A stretch of 64,000 nt of DNA from a virus (Duplodnaviria; Caudoviricetes), in the IMG/VR virus record IMGVR_UViG_3300042139_000023. One strand, 5' to 3'. Within the stretch, counting starts at the first letter, position 1; every line of letters begins with the position of its first letter. The notes beneath the pieces are model-generated. The model saw only the letters and a program-made list of their open reading frames with translations. It did not search any database and was not told the DNA's origin. Positions 18,747 to 28,409 of this stretch are shown one piece after another. The translations under genes and the position numbers were made by a program.

Positions 18747-21700
18747 ATGGCGCTGCCGACCGAACGTACCGTCACCGGCACTTACGTCAATCCGGTCAAT
18801 GGTGAGCCGTATGACGGAAGCGATGGATCCAACTACGTGATTTTCGAACCTGTTCCGTCTCGATGGACGGATCAGGAAGGGAATCAGATTCTCCTCGGCG
18901 GCGGAAAGGTCACGCTCGACGAGAACGGTCACTTCTCGGAAACTCTCGTCTGCACCGATGCGGCCGGAGTGCTCCCGGCCGACGGCCGCATGTGGCGCCT
19001 GCGGCAGTTCGTGGGCGGCGACTGGGAAGAAGGCGTCTTCGCCCTTCCCGAGGGGACCGGCGCTCTCGACATCACCGACATCCTCTCGGTCGACGTCTGC
19101 GGAGTCGATTACGTACCCGTGCCCGGCCCGCCCGGCAGTCCTGGCACGCCCGGTACGCCTGGAGCCCCGGGCGCCGACGGGCAGGACGGTGAGTCCGCCT
19201 ACCAGGTCGCGGTCGACAACGGCTTCGTGGGGACCGAGGAGGAGTGGCTGGCCTCCCTGGTGGGGCCTGCTGGTCCCTCCGGCGTGGACGGCGGCCTCGA
19301 CACCGGCATCACCTCCGGCGGCGACATCTCGGTGAACCCGGACAATCCCCTGGCCATCGACATCAATCCCCTCAGTGGCCGGATCGTCGACTACCTCACC
19401 GACCCGCTGACGATCACGCCCGTCGAGAGCACGAGTGTCATCACGGTCGAGCTGGACAGCGTCGCCCAGACCAGGGACATCACCTGGTTCGTGATGGACG
19501 CCGACCTGAACGTCTACCAGCAGGAGAACCGGCCCACGCCCGAGGACCGGCGGACCTTCATCGTCCTGGGCATGGCCGCGCAGGACAACGGATCGATCTT
19601 CCTCGCGCAGTCCATCCCCACCATCTCGGGCAACCCGGTCAACCAGCTCTATGACCTGATGGACGCGATCGGCGCCTTCGGCATCTCGGGCAACGACGTC
19701 AGCCCCAACGGCGCGAACCTGATGCTCAACGTGGGTTCCGGTCAGGTCTTCTCCCGGGGCTGGAACCACTTCGACGGCGGCAGCGAGACCAACAACCCGC
19801 ACATCACCGACACCGTCGGCGCGACCCCGGCCTCCTGGACGAACGTCCTGCGTGACTCCGACCTGGAACATGTGCTGTCGTCGACCGTCGTGGACGTCGG
19901 CAACTACGACAACAACGGCTCCCTGGTCCCCGTGCCCAACGGCGAGTACGTGGTCCACCAGCTCTGGATGTTCCCCACCAACGAGGGCGCTGAGGTCCAC
20001 GTTCTCCAGTACGGCCAGCAGACGTACGCCTCGCTCGATGACGCGGTCTCCTCGGCGGGCAAGGAAGCCTTCGCGACCAACCCGGCGCTCCCCGGCAACG
20101 CGATCAATCTCGGGTTCCTGGCGACCTCCGGCTCGGCCACCGACCTCTCCAACTCGACCCAGGCCCTGTTCATCAAGGCGGGCAAGTTCGGCTCGGGCCC
20201 CGGCGGTGGCGCCGCTGTCGACTTGAGCGGGTACGCCCAGCTCTCCGGCGCCGAGTTCACCGGCACCGTCTCCTCGCTGCGCGCGGCCGATGATGACATT
20301 GCCCAGTCGTCCCGGACCCTGGTCAACACCAACGACCTGTGGCGCCGCCTCACCGACGGCGAGATGCAGTGGGGATCGGGCTCCGGCCCGATGGACACGT
20401 TCCTGAAGCGCCTGGGTGTGGGCCTGCTGGCGCTTATCAACAGCGACCTTCTGATCGGCCAGGAGGACGCGAAGAGCTACCGGCTCCGGCAGTCCGGCGC
20501 ATCCCTGGATCTCGACGCTTCGGGTGCCGATCTCTTCATGTCGGTCTTCGAGCTGGTCAACTTCCTCGGAGAGCAGTACACGTACCTCCGCCTGGAATCC
20601 GGCGAGTTCACTGCGCACGCCAGCGGAAAGTGGCTGTTCGGAAGCGGCCCGGACGACACATCCGTCCACACCATCGACGGCCTGAACAACCTGCTCGGCT
20701 TCTTCGGCGTGACCCCGGTCGGCAAGCAGACGGTCTCCGGCGAGCGGACGACCGGCGGAGCCCTCCAGAGCCTGCTGGACGGCCTGGAAGCGCTCGGCCT
20801 CATCACTGACTCCTCGACGGCCGGAGAGGCTGTCGTAGAGACCGTGAACGGCGAATCCGGGCCTGACGTGACCCTCTCCGCCGCCGACGTCGGAGCGGTC
20901 GACGTGACCGAGAAGGGTGTCGCCAGCGGTGTGGCCACGCTCGGCCTCGACGGAAAGGTTCCCTCGGGGCAGCTCCCGACCGCACCGGTCACTTCGGTCA
21001 ACACCGAGACCGGCGCCGTGGTACTCGACGCCGCCGACGTGGGGGCGATCGACAGCGACGAGAAGGGCGCCAACAACGGCGTCGCCACCCTCGACAACAC
21101 GGGCAAGGTCCCGAGCGCCCAGCTCCCGGCCGCCCCTGTCACCTCCGTGAACGGCGAGACCGGAGCGGTGAGCCTGAGCGCGGCCGACGTCGGGGCGCTC
21201 GACCAGGCCACGGCCGACGGCCTCTACATGGCGCAGGATTCCCTGTGGATCAACGGCATGGACCACGGCGTCGTCGGTGACGGCACCACGGATGACGCGC
21301 CCGCCATCAACGCGATCCTCGCCAGCTCCCCGGCAGGCAGCGTCATCGCCCTGCCGCCGCTCACGTTCGCCACCGATGAGCCGATCGTCGTACCGCCCGG
21401 CAAGACACTGATGACCCTGCGCTCCGACCTGATGACGGTCACCGACCTGTACGAGCCGAACGCCCAGATCAAGCCGCTGGCCACCTTCACGGGCGCCGCC
21501 GCAATCCGGTTCCTGGACGCGACCGACGGCGGCTACGCGGACATCTCCGGCGAGCAGCGGGTCCTGAACGTCACCCTCGACGGATCGAACGTGGCGGCCG
21601 GAGTCGACGGGATTCAGGCCAAGGGCAACGTGCAGAACGTGGCTCTGCGCGACGTCACGATCCGGCGCTTCCCGAACTCCGGCATCTACTGCGGCCTCCA

Positions 21701-24700
21701 GGGCGGCATCGCCCCGTACTCCTGGCGCATGCACCGGGTGATGCTCGACAACAACCACGCGCACGGCTTCTTCGGTGAGCGCATGGTCGACCTCACGGCC
21801 GTCGACTGCCAGGCGATCGGCAACTGGTCCAACGGCTGGATGCTCCAGAACGCGGCGAACTCCCAGATGGTCGGCTGCCGGGCCGAATGGAACGGCAACC
21901 ACGGGTTCTACCTGAGCGGCAACTGGGGCAACGGCGCCGGATCCGGCGGCATGCTGATGTCGGGCTGCTCGACCGACCGCAACGGCTTCAACGGTGTCTA
22001 CGTGGACGCCACGGGCACCCCGCCGATCGTCATCTCCAACCTCATGACCCGACGCGACGGCCGCAACGGCGGTACCGGTGGAGGCGGGTATGCGGGCGTG
22101 GCCACGAACGGCGCCACAACGCCGCTCATCATCGGCGACTGGACGAACTTCCCCGGCGTGGACGATGGGGGCGCCTCGACGAACTCGCCCCAGTACGGCG
22201 GCTCCTTCACCGACACCGCGTTCGTGCAGATCGACAACGCCTACCTGCACGCTGCGACCGGCGGCATCTTCGACGCGGGCGACAACGGAGAAGTCCGGCT
22301 GGGCTCGAACATCACCTACGCGATCGGAACCACCAGCGCTTTCACCCGGGGTCGCGTCCCGTCCGGAGAGATCACGGTGGCCGCCGCCGACTCCGCCTCG
22401 GCCGACGAGGCGGACTTCATCTGCACCGGCACCGACGACCACCTGGTGATCCAGACGGCCATCGACCTGGTCGACGGGGCGCCCGGCAAGGGCCGCGTAC
22501 GCCTGCTCGACGGCACCTTCAACCTGGGGGCCACGATCAACTGGCCCAGCGGGGTCGGCCTGGGTCTCGTCGGCTCCGGCTGGGGGACCGTGCTGAAGCT
22601 GGCCGCCGGGGTCGACGACAATGCCATCACTTTCTCCGGCGACGAAACGCGCTCGACGTTCTCCGACTTCACCATCGACGGCAATCACACGAACCAGACC
22701 ACGGGCCCGTCTGGCGGCATCTGGGCAATGGGTGCCGTGGAGTGCGTCTTCCAGCGTCTGCACTTCACCGCCTGCAAGAGCATGGCCCTGGTGTTCTCCG
22801 GGCAGAACAACACGGCCTTCGGCCACAACAACGTCGTCACGCACTGCCTCTTCGACAACGCGAACACCTCCACCCTGGAGGGTGGTGCGATCTACCTGAC
22901 GTCGAGCGATGAGAACTTCATCGTGGCCTGCGATTTCCAGTTCCTCGGCGGATCCGGTGCCGCGATGGGAATGATCCACGATACGGCCGGAACGCAAACC
23001 ATCCTGGGCTGCAACTTCGTCAACGGCGGCAACAGCCGTCCGGCCATCCGTGTGCAGGACGCGTCCGCCACGAAGGTCATCGGATGCAACTTCGACGGGG
23101 TGGCCGGTGACGCCATCTTCCTCGCGGCCCAGAACTGCGTGGTTGAGGGCAACACCATCTTCGGCATCGGTGCTGTCGGAACGGCTGGTTCCTACAGCGG
23201 CATCCACCTGGAGTTCGCCGCCACCGGCAACCTGATCTCCGGCAACTCCCTCACCTCCCACACGACGAACGGCGCCGCTCGCTCCCTGATCCGCGAGGAA
23301 TCCGTCGGTGACTCGGGCAACAACCTGATCATCGGCAACATGCTCATCACCAAAGGCACGCTGGCCGTGGCCGCGCTCGACATCAACGCCCCCGGCACGA
23401 TGGCGCGCGACAACATGGGCGGCGGAGTGAAGGGTGACGTGGCGCCCGCTCTGCGCACCAACGCCGGGGCCATCTCCGACGCCACGTTCGCCCCGCTCGT
23501 GCCGAGTGATGGCATGCAGGGTGTCGACACCACGAACAGCCGGGTCTACACCCGTATCGGTGGCACCTGGAAGTACACCCCGGCCGCCAGCCGGGCGCTC
23601 GCTGGGGCCATGTACGTGGCCGCCTCGGACTCCTCGGCCGCCGACAAGGCGATGGCTGACTATGTCTGCGACGGCACCGCCGACGAGGTGCAGATCCAGG
23701 CGGCGATCGACGCGGTGCAGGCGACGGGTGGCGGTGTGGTGCTGCTCTCCCCGGGCACCTTCAACGTCGCGGCCACCATCGAGATCAACGGCACGATCGA
23801 CGAGGACAACGCGAAGACGGTGACCCTGCGCGGCTGTGGCCAGCAGGCGACCTACCTGAACGCCGCCTCGAATGTCGTCGCGATCACCATCTCGGACTGG
23901 GCTCAGGTTCACCTCGACTCGTTCTGCATCTTCATCGCCGGATCCGGAATCGGAATCAAGTCGATCGGCGTAAACGACGTCGGCAACAACAACACGATCT
24001 CGTTCTGGCACTCCAGCTTCCGGAACCTTCGCATCAACGGCGCCTTCAACGCCTCGTACACCACGTGGGGTATGGAGCTGGGAATGCCGTGGCGGTCCAC
24101 CTTCGAGAACATCGAAGTCGAAGGCTGCCGGAATGGCATCAAAATCATCAACAACTCCAGCGTGCAGAACGCGGGAGACTGTGTCTTCTCGCGCCTCTTC
24201 GTGGAGATCGTCGGAACGGGTGGATACGCCCTCTACTTCGACTCTCAGGCCAACAACATGAACCAGAACATCTGGCACATGTTCGAGGCCGGGGCCAACT
24301 CCACCGGCTGCACGGGCATCTACGTCGGAGGAGCCGCCCCGACGGCCAGCCAGCGGTTCTACGGCCTGAACCTGGAGCAGTTCCAGACCGGCATCAACGT
24401 GGCCAACGGTGAGAGCAACGAGTTCTACTGCAACTACGTGACCGGCGACAGCGGGCAGGCCGGAAACAAGATGTTCGTCTGCGCCTCGAATTCGTACAAC
24501 AACCTCTTCCAGGCGAAGTGGGTCAATGTCGAATCGAGCGGCACGCTTCAGATCATCGAAGACCTGAACACGACGTCTGCGGCTCCGAACATTTTCGAGC
24601 GCATCCGCATCGAGAACAACACGGGCGGCACGGTCACCTACACGAAGTCCTCGTCCACGGTTTTCCGGGACATCACGACCTTCAATACGGGTAACGCGAT

Positions 24701-25268
24701 GCCCGCAGGTCTGCTCCAGTATCCGCTGAGCACGGTCAACAATCCGACCTTCACCCCGGCCGATCACAACCTGATCACGTGGACGCAGGATCCGGCCACG
24801 GTCGCCGACGCTTTCCCCCTGAACACGGGCGTCGTGTACCTGTCCAAGGTGAAGATTGTGAACCGGTCGACCGTGGTCTCGAACGTCCTGTACGGCGTGA
24901 CCACGGCGGGAACGTCTCTGACCAGCGGCCAGAACTTCGTGGGCCTGTACAACTCCTCCGGAACCCGGCTCGCCGTCAGTGCCGATCAGACCACGAACTT
25001 CGGCTCGCAGGGCCTGAAGACGGCCGCCCTCACGGCCCCGCAGACGCTCGCCGTTGGGGACTACTATGTGGCCTTCCTCTCCGTCGGCACCGGCACGCAG
25101 CCGTCGGTGGCGGCTTCGGGCGGCGTCTCCAGCGCCATCAACGCGGGGCTGACCACCGCCACCTCCCGGTTCCTCACCTCCGGCACCGGGCAGACCGCAC
25201 TCCCGTCGAGCATCACCCTCAGCTCGGGTTCACAGAACACCGGCTCCCGCTGGGCCGCTCTCTCGTAG
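18747..25268 (+). CDS. giant tailspike/tail-fibre-like protein (2173 aa) with several beta-helix modules
   Basis: N-terminus paralogous to 15645..18680; collagen tract; VTSVNGETGAV repeats; three GD/TDD..IQ.AID beta-helix entry motifs; shared C-terminal domain. Confidence 0.78.
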   Translation: MALPTERTVTGTYVNPVNGEPYDGSDGSNYVIFEPVPSRWTDQEGNQILLGGGKVTLDENGHFSETLVCTDAAGVLPADGRMWRLRQFVGGDWEEGVFALPEGTGALDITDILSVDVCGVDYVPVPGPPGSPGTPGTPGAPGADGQDGESAYQVAVDNGFVGTEEEWLASLVGPAGPSGVDGGLDTGITSGGDISVNPDNPLAIDINPLSGRIVDYLTDPLTITPVESTSVITVELDSVAQTRDITWFVMDADLNVYQQENRPTPEDRRTFIVLGMAAQDNGSIFLAQSIPTISGNPVNQLYDLMDAIGAFGISGNDVSPNGANLMLNVGSGQVFSRGWNHFDGGSETNNPHITDTVGATPASWTNVLRDSDLEHVLSSTVVDVGNYDNNGSLVPVPNGEYVVHQLWMFPTNEGAEVHVLQYGQQTYASLDDAVSSAGKEAFATNPALPGNAINLGFLATSGSATDLSNSTQALFIKAGKFGSGPGGGAAVDLSGYAQLSGAEFTGTVSSLRAADDDIAQSSRTLVNTNDLWRRLTDGEMQWGSGSGPMDTFLKRLGVGLLALINSDLLIGQEDAKSYRLRQSGASLDLDASGADLFMSVFELVNFLGEQYTYLRLESGEFTAHASGKWLFGSGPDDTSVHTIDGLNNLLGFFGVTPVGKQTVSGERTTGGALQSLLDGLEALGLITDSSTAGEAVVETVNGESGPDVTLSAADVGAVDVTEKGVASGVATLGLDGKVPSGQLPTAPVTSVNTETGAVVLDAADVGAIDSDEKGANNGVATLDNTGKVPSAQLPAAPVTSVNGETGAVSLSAADVGALDQATADGLYMAQDSLWINGMDHGVVGDGTTDDAPAINAILASSPAGSVIALPPLTFATDEPIVVPPGKTLMTLRSDLMTVTDLYEPNAQIKPLATFTGAAAIRFLDATDGGYADISGEQRVLNVTLDGSNVAAGVDGIQAKGNVQNVALRDVTIRRFPNSGIYCGLQGGIAPYSWRMHRVMLDNNHAHGFFGERMVDLTAVDCQAIGNWSNGWMLQNAANSQMVGCRAEWNGNHGFYLSGNWGNGAGSGGMLMSGCSTDRNGFNGVYVDATGTPPIVISNLMTRRDGRNGGTGGGGYAGVATNGATTPLIIGDWTNFPGVDDGGASTNSPQYGGSFTDTAFVQIDNAYLHAATGGIFDAGDNGEVRLGSNITYAIGTTSAFTRGRVPSGEITVAAADSASADEADFICTGTDDHLVIQTAIDLVDGAPGKGRVRLLDGTFNLGATINWPSGVGLGLVGSGWGTVLKLAAGVDDNAITFSGDETRSTFSDFTIDGNHTNQTTGPSGGIWAMGAVECVFQRLHFTACKSMALVFSGQNNTAFGHNNVVTHCLFDNANTSTLEGGAIYLTSSDENFIVACDFQFLGGSGAAMGMIHDTAGTQTILGCNFVNGGNSRPAIRVQDASATKVIGCNFDGVAGDAIFLAAQNCVVEGNTIFGIGAVGTAGSYSGIHLEFAATGNLISGNSLTSHTTNGAARSLIREESVGDSGNNLIIGNMLITKGTLAVAALDINAPGTMARDNMGGGVKGDVAPALRTNAGAISDATFAPLVPSDGMQGVDTTNSRVYTRIGGTWKYTPAASRALAGAMYVAASDSSAADKAMADYVCDGTADEVQIQAAIDAVQATGGGVVLLSPGTFNVAATIEINGTIDEDNAKTVTLRGCGQQATYLNAASNVVAITISDWAQVHLDSFCIFIAGSGIGIKSIGVNDVGNNNTISFWHSSFRNLRINGAFNASYTTWGMELGMPWRSTFENIEVEGCRNGIKIINNSSVQNAGDCVFSRLFVEIVGTGGYALYFDSQANNMNQNIWHMFEAGANSTGCTGIYVGGAAPTASQRFYGLNLEQFQTGINVANGESNEFYCNYVTGDSGQAGNKMFVCASNSYNNLFQAKWVNVESSGTLQIIEDLNTTSAAPNIFERIRIENNTGGTVTYTKSSSTVFRDITTFNTGNAMPAGLLQYPLSTVNNPTFTPADHNLITWTQDPATVADAFPLNTGVVYLSKVKIVNRSTVVSNVLYGVTTAGTSLTSGQNFVGLYNSSGTRLAVSADQTTNFGSQGLKTAALTAPQTLAVGDYYVAFLSVGTGTQPSVAASGGVSSAINAGLTTATSRFLTSGTGQTALPSSITLSSGSQNTGSRWAALS
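20835..21200 (+). repeat. internal tail-fibre peptide repeats
   Basis: 3x V(E/T)(T/S)VN(G/T)E(S/T)G..V.L.AADVGA interleaved with 2x KG...GVATL...GKVPS.QLP. Confidence 0.85.
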
Positions 25269-25311
25269 AACGGCACGCACTGGGTAAACGTCCTGGAGAA
25301 GGGAGGCAGAC

Positions 25312-25392
25312 ATGACACTCGGAGGACTGATCTATCTCCTCGTCGCGATCCTGCTGATCCTGCTGATCCTGGCCGTCGTCGGGGTGATCTGA
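25312..25392 (+). CDS. 26-aa hydrophobic peptide
   Basis: GGGAGG RBS; MTLGGLIYLLVAILLILLILAVVGVI. Confidence 0.6.
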   Translation: MTLGGLIYLLVAILLILLILAVVGVI

Positions 25393-25397
25393 CGAAA

Positions 25398-25438
25398 CAG
25401 GGCCCACCCGGGATACCGACGCTCCCAGGTGGGCCCTG
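25398..25438. terminator. hairpin between convergent genes
   Basis: CAGGGCCCACC/GGTGGGCCCTG 11-bp arms. Confidence 0.6.
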
Positions 25439-25454
25439 CTCGGGGGACATCCTC

Positions 25455-25805
25455 TCAGAATCCCCCGCCGCTGTCGCAGCCCGACGAGCCCGAGTCGTAC
25501 GAGCTGGAGGAGTGCGAGGACCCCGAGTCGTAGCTGCTGTGGCTGCTGCTGTGCGAGCTGCCCGAGTCGTACGAGTGGTGGGAGCCGCCGCCCGAGGAGT
25601 GCGAGGTGGATGAGGTGCCGCAGTCGTCGGACCGGGTGCTCGCCGGAGGGGTGTAGAACGTGGCGTACGAAACGGGGTCCGGCTCCGGGCGGTAGGTCGT
25701 CGCAGGCCGAGGGGCCGGGGTCGACGGGGTGCGCTTCGCGGTGGGGGCGGGGGCCGAGGCCGCCTTCTTTTCCGGCCGCTTCTTGAACGGGTTCTTGAAG
25801 TCCAT
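25455..25805 (-). CDS. low-complexity Ser/His-rich hypothetical protein
   Basis: C-terminal SSHSS.YDSGSS repeats; ATG start. Confidence 0.65.
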   Translation of the reverse strand: MDFKNPFKKRPEKKAASAPAPTAKRTPSTPAPRPATTYRPEPDPVSYATFYTPPASTRSDDCGTSSTSHSSGGGSHHSYDSGSSHSSSHSSYDSGSSHSSSSYDSGSSGCDSGGGF

Positions 25806-25955
25806 GCTGGCATCTTTCCCAACCCGGAAACGACTGTCACCACTCTTGAGGAAGTCCAGAGCTTTCCGGTTTTCCGGTGATCAGACGGAGGCTTCCTCTA
25901 CCGTGTACAGCAGACGGCCGACCTCTTCCCCCCGTGGAGGCGGCCGTCTGCCTTC

Positions 25956-26423
25956 TTACTCGGCCTTGCGCCAGAGCTTCGTGTAGCGCCTGAGCTTGCG
26001 CCGGGCGCTGCTCCACCCCATCGGCCCCTGCGGTTCATCCATCGCCAGGTAGAGCCGTGGCGCCGCCTTTGACGCACCTTCTTCCGTGACGTCCTTCAGC
26101 AGACCCTCGGCCAGCAGGCAGTCCAGTGCCTCCCTGGCCCGCGTCCTGGACGTGGGCTTCTTGTTGATTCCCGGCAGCAGCCAGCAGACCTCGTCGAGAG
26201 TCAGTGGCGGTATGCCGGGCCCGTTCTCGAACTGCATCGAGCGCAGGACACACCACAGCCGGAACGCCGTCGGGTTCACCCGGTCGCAGAGCATCACCCA
26301 GTCGGGCACCTGCGTGAACGACAGCCGCTTCCCCGCCTCCGGCAGGTCCAGGAACGGCGCCAGCACGTCAGGGCGCTGCCTCTGCTTCGCCTTCCGCTGG
26401 GATCCGAGCGCTGCTCTCCTCAT
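25956..26423 (-). CDS. winged-HTH protein resembling replication-initiator N-terminal domains
   Basis: FTQVPDWVM...VNPTAFRLWCVL...TLDEVCWLL...RAREALDCLLAEGLL. Confidence 0.55.
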   Translation of the reverse strand: MRRAALGSQRKAKQRQRPDVLAPFLDLPEAGKRLSFTQVPDWVMLCDRVNPTAFRLWCVLRSMQFENGPGIPPLTLDEVCWLLPGINKKPTSRTRAREALDCLLAEGLLKDVTEEGASKAAPRLYLAMDEPQGPMGWSSARRKLRRYTKLWRKAE

Positions 26424-26544
26424 CTCACCTCCTCGTCTACGCAGGTCAAGTGTACCTTCATTGCCCGGACTTGACGGCCTGGGCCACTTCTGGAAGAGTA
26501 TGACTCACCGCCGGACAGGGCGGTCTCGGAAAGGGGACTGAAGC

Positions 26545-26811
26545 GTGAGCAACGGCCGAAACAACAACAAGAAGCGCTCCAAGCTGAGCGGATTCGACAA
26601 GGCGGCGCAGGCTCTCACCACGGGACTCTCCCCCGAGGCCGCCCAGAACTTCACCTCCATGGTGAAGGACGTGGCGACGGAGTACAGCTACAACGACTCC
26701 ACCATGATCCGGCGCTTGAGGAGCCGTCTCAACCAGGCGGCCCGGTCGAAGAACTCCTGGGCCCACGAGGTGCTGGAGAAGCTGAAGCAGGCCGAGGGGG
26801 TGACGGCCTGA
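26545..26811 (+). CDS. hypothetical protein
   Basis: GTG after AAGGGG; 88 aa. Confidence 0.65.
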   Translation: MSNGRNNNKKRSKLSGFDKAAQALTTGLSPEAAQNFTSMVKDVATEYSYNDSTMIRRLRSRLNQAARSKNSWAHEVLEKLKQAEGVTA

Positions 26812-27012
26812 CATGAACCCCAACCCGTGCCCCCAGTGCGGAGCCAAGAACGGATCTGGCTGCGGCCATGGCCTCGGCGGAAACCAGGGCTGATCGCACA
26901 CGGGGCACACCACATGGACTCGGATGCGCGCGACGCTCCGAGTCCATGTGCGTCAGGGGTTCTTTTCAGGTCGAATCCACTAGGGAAACGTGACAGGAAA
27001 ACGGAGAGGAAC

Positions 27013-27132
27013 GTGAAGAAGCTGAAGAGCTGGATCCTGCTCTCGGTTGCCGGAGTGCTCGCCGTACTGGTCGGCAACCGCCTGGAGGAGGCCGTGGTCC
27101 TCGACCACGACAACATGGGCGGCTCCCGGTGA
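27013..27132 (+). CDS. small membrane peptide
   Basis: GAGAGGA RBS; one hydrophobic segment; GTGA overlap with next gene. Confidence 0.5.
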   Translation: MKKLKSWILLSVAGVLAVLVGNRLEEAVVLDHDNMGGSR

Positions 27133-27530
27133 CCCCTGGGTTCGAGGTGGTCGACGTCGAGGTCTCCATCGGGGTTCCTTCGGACGCTGACCTGCTCGGC
27201 GTCTACCTGCATCACCCGAACGTGGACGGCCGGGTCGAGGCGGAGACGAAGGGGCACGCGGCCGGAGCGGAGTACACGACCTACCCGATCGGGCCCATGC
27301 CGCCGGTCCTGGAGCGCGCCTACGTCGAGATCAAGGGCGTGAACATGTACATCGCGCTCGGGTCGTTGTACGTGATCGCCCCTCTGCTGACCAAGCGCGA
27401 GGAGGTCGCGCACCTGAAGCACGCCGTCGTCTACTTCGCGACCGAGCCGTTCCGCGAGATGACGCCGGAGGAGAAGGTCTGGCTGGCGGCGCGGATGCCG
27501 CTGGTCATTTCCGAGGAGAAGGAGAACTGA
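27129..27530 (+). CDS. hypothetical protein
   Basis: coding bias. Confidence 0.7.
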   Translation: MTPGFEVVDVEVSIGVPSDADLLGVYLHHPNVDGRVEAETKGHAAGAEYTTYPIGPMPPVLERAYVEIKGVNMYIALGSLYVIAPLLTKREEVAHLKHAVVYFATEPFREMTPEEKVWLAARMPLVISEEKEN

Positions 27531-27739
27531 TGTCGAGCCGTGACCAGCGTCTCGCCGCAACGAAGTACGCGGGCAAGAAGTCCGCTTCGCAGGAGGCCCG
27601 AGAGAAGACCTCCCGCAAGGCCCCGGCGGTCGCCGAGGACCCCATGGAGGGCATGCGCCGCGCCCTGGCGCAGCCGCGTACCCAGGAGTCCGTCGACCGC
27701 GCTCGCGCGCACCAGCGCAACCTTCCGCCGCTCGGCTGA
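27530..27739 (+). CDS. small basic hypothetical protein
   Basis: TGATG overlap, AAGGAG RBS. Confidence 0.7.
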   Translation: MSSRDQRLAATKYAGKKSASQEAREKTSRKAPAVAEDPMEGMRRALAQPRTQESVDRARAHQRNLPPLG

Positions 27740-27952
27740 GTCGAGTACGCGGAACCTCGAAGGGGGCCCGGTTCCTACCGGGTCCCCTTCGTCGTGGCCG
27801 GATTGTTTCCCTCGTTGGTGCAAACATGAACAGTCCTCCGTCGTACCCTTGTTCTCCCCAGCAACGGACACTCTCTGGCCAACCGCACCCTTTTAGCCAA
27901 CTTGAATCTCAAAGGGTGCTACGATAGGTACAGTTGAGGAAAGGAGCCCAAC

Positions 27953-28312
27953 GTGGCAAACGTCGAGCAGAAGCCCGGCAACCTGAACAAGATGCTCCTC
28001 GCGGAGGCGCTGGCCGATCGGATGGGTCTGGCGCGATCCGTCGCCCAGGAGGCTGTCGAAAACGTCTTCGACATCTGCGCCCGTACCGTGGCCCAGGGTT
28101 TCACCGTTTCCATCACGAACTTCGGCAGCTTCGCGCTGGTGGAGAAGAAGGAGCGGATGGCCCGGAACCCGCACAACGGCGAGCGCGTGCGCGTCGCCGC
28201 CCGCAAGGCCGTCAAGGTCAGCGTTTCGCCTCGCTGGAACGACTTCGCCAACTCGGCACACCCGGAGAACACCACGATCCGGAAGCAGGCGAAGGGCCCG
28301 TCTCAGCAGTAG
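27953..28312 (+). CDS. hup: HU/IHF-family DNA-binding protein
   Basis: LNKMLLAEALA...AVENVFD...VSITNFGSF...ERMARNPHNGERV.V.ARKAVKV. Confidence 0.9.
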   Translation: MANVEQKPGNLNKMLLAEALADRMGLARSVAQEAVENVFDICARTVAQGFTVSITNFGSFALVEKKERMARNPHNGERVRVAARKAVKVSVSPRWNDFANSAHPENTTIRKQAKGPSQQ

Positions 28313-28409
28313 TGGCTCAGGCCAAATCGTGATACGCTGTTACCGACGAACAGCGAGCACGCACAGTAAAGTTCGCAGAACGAAGCAGGACATCGGAGAG
28401 GAATAGAAC

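Noticed and set aside
18714-24767. 2017-aa minus-strand ORF (and 15624..18689)
   Set aside because: Antisense shadows of the GC3-biased tail-fibre genes; no motifs or RBS
25489-25625. Ser/His-coding repeats as a DNA tandem repeat or mobile element
   Set aside because: Explained by low-complexity protein sequence
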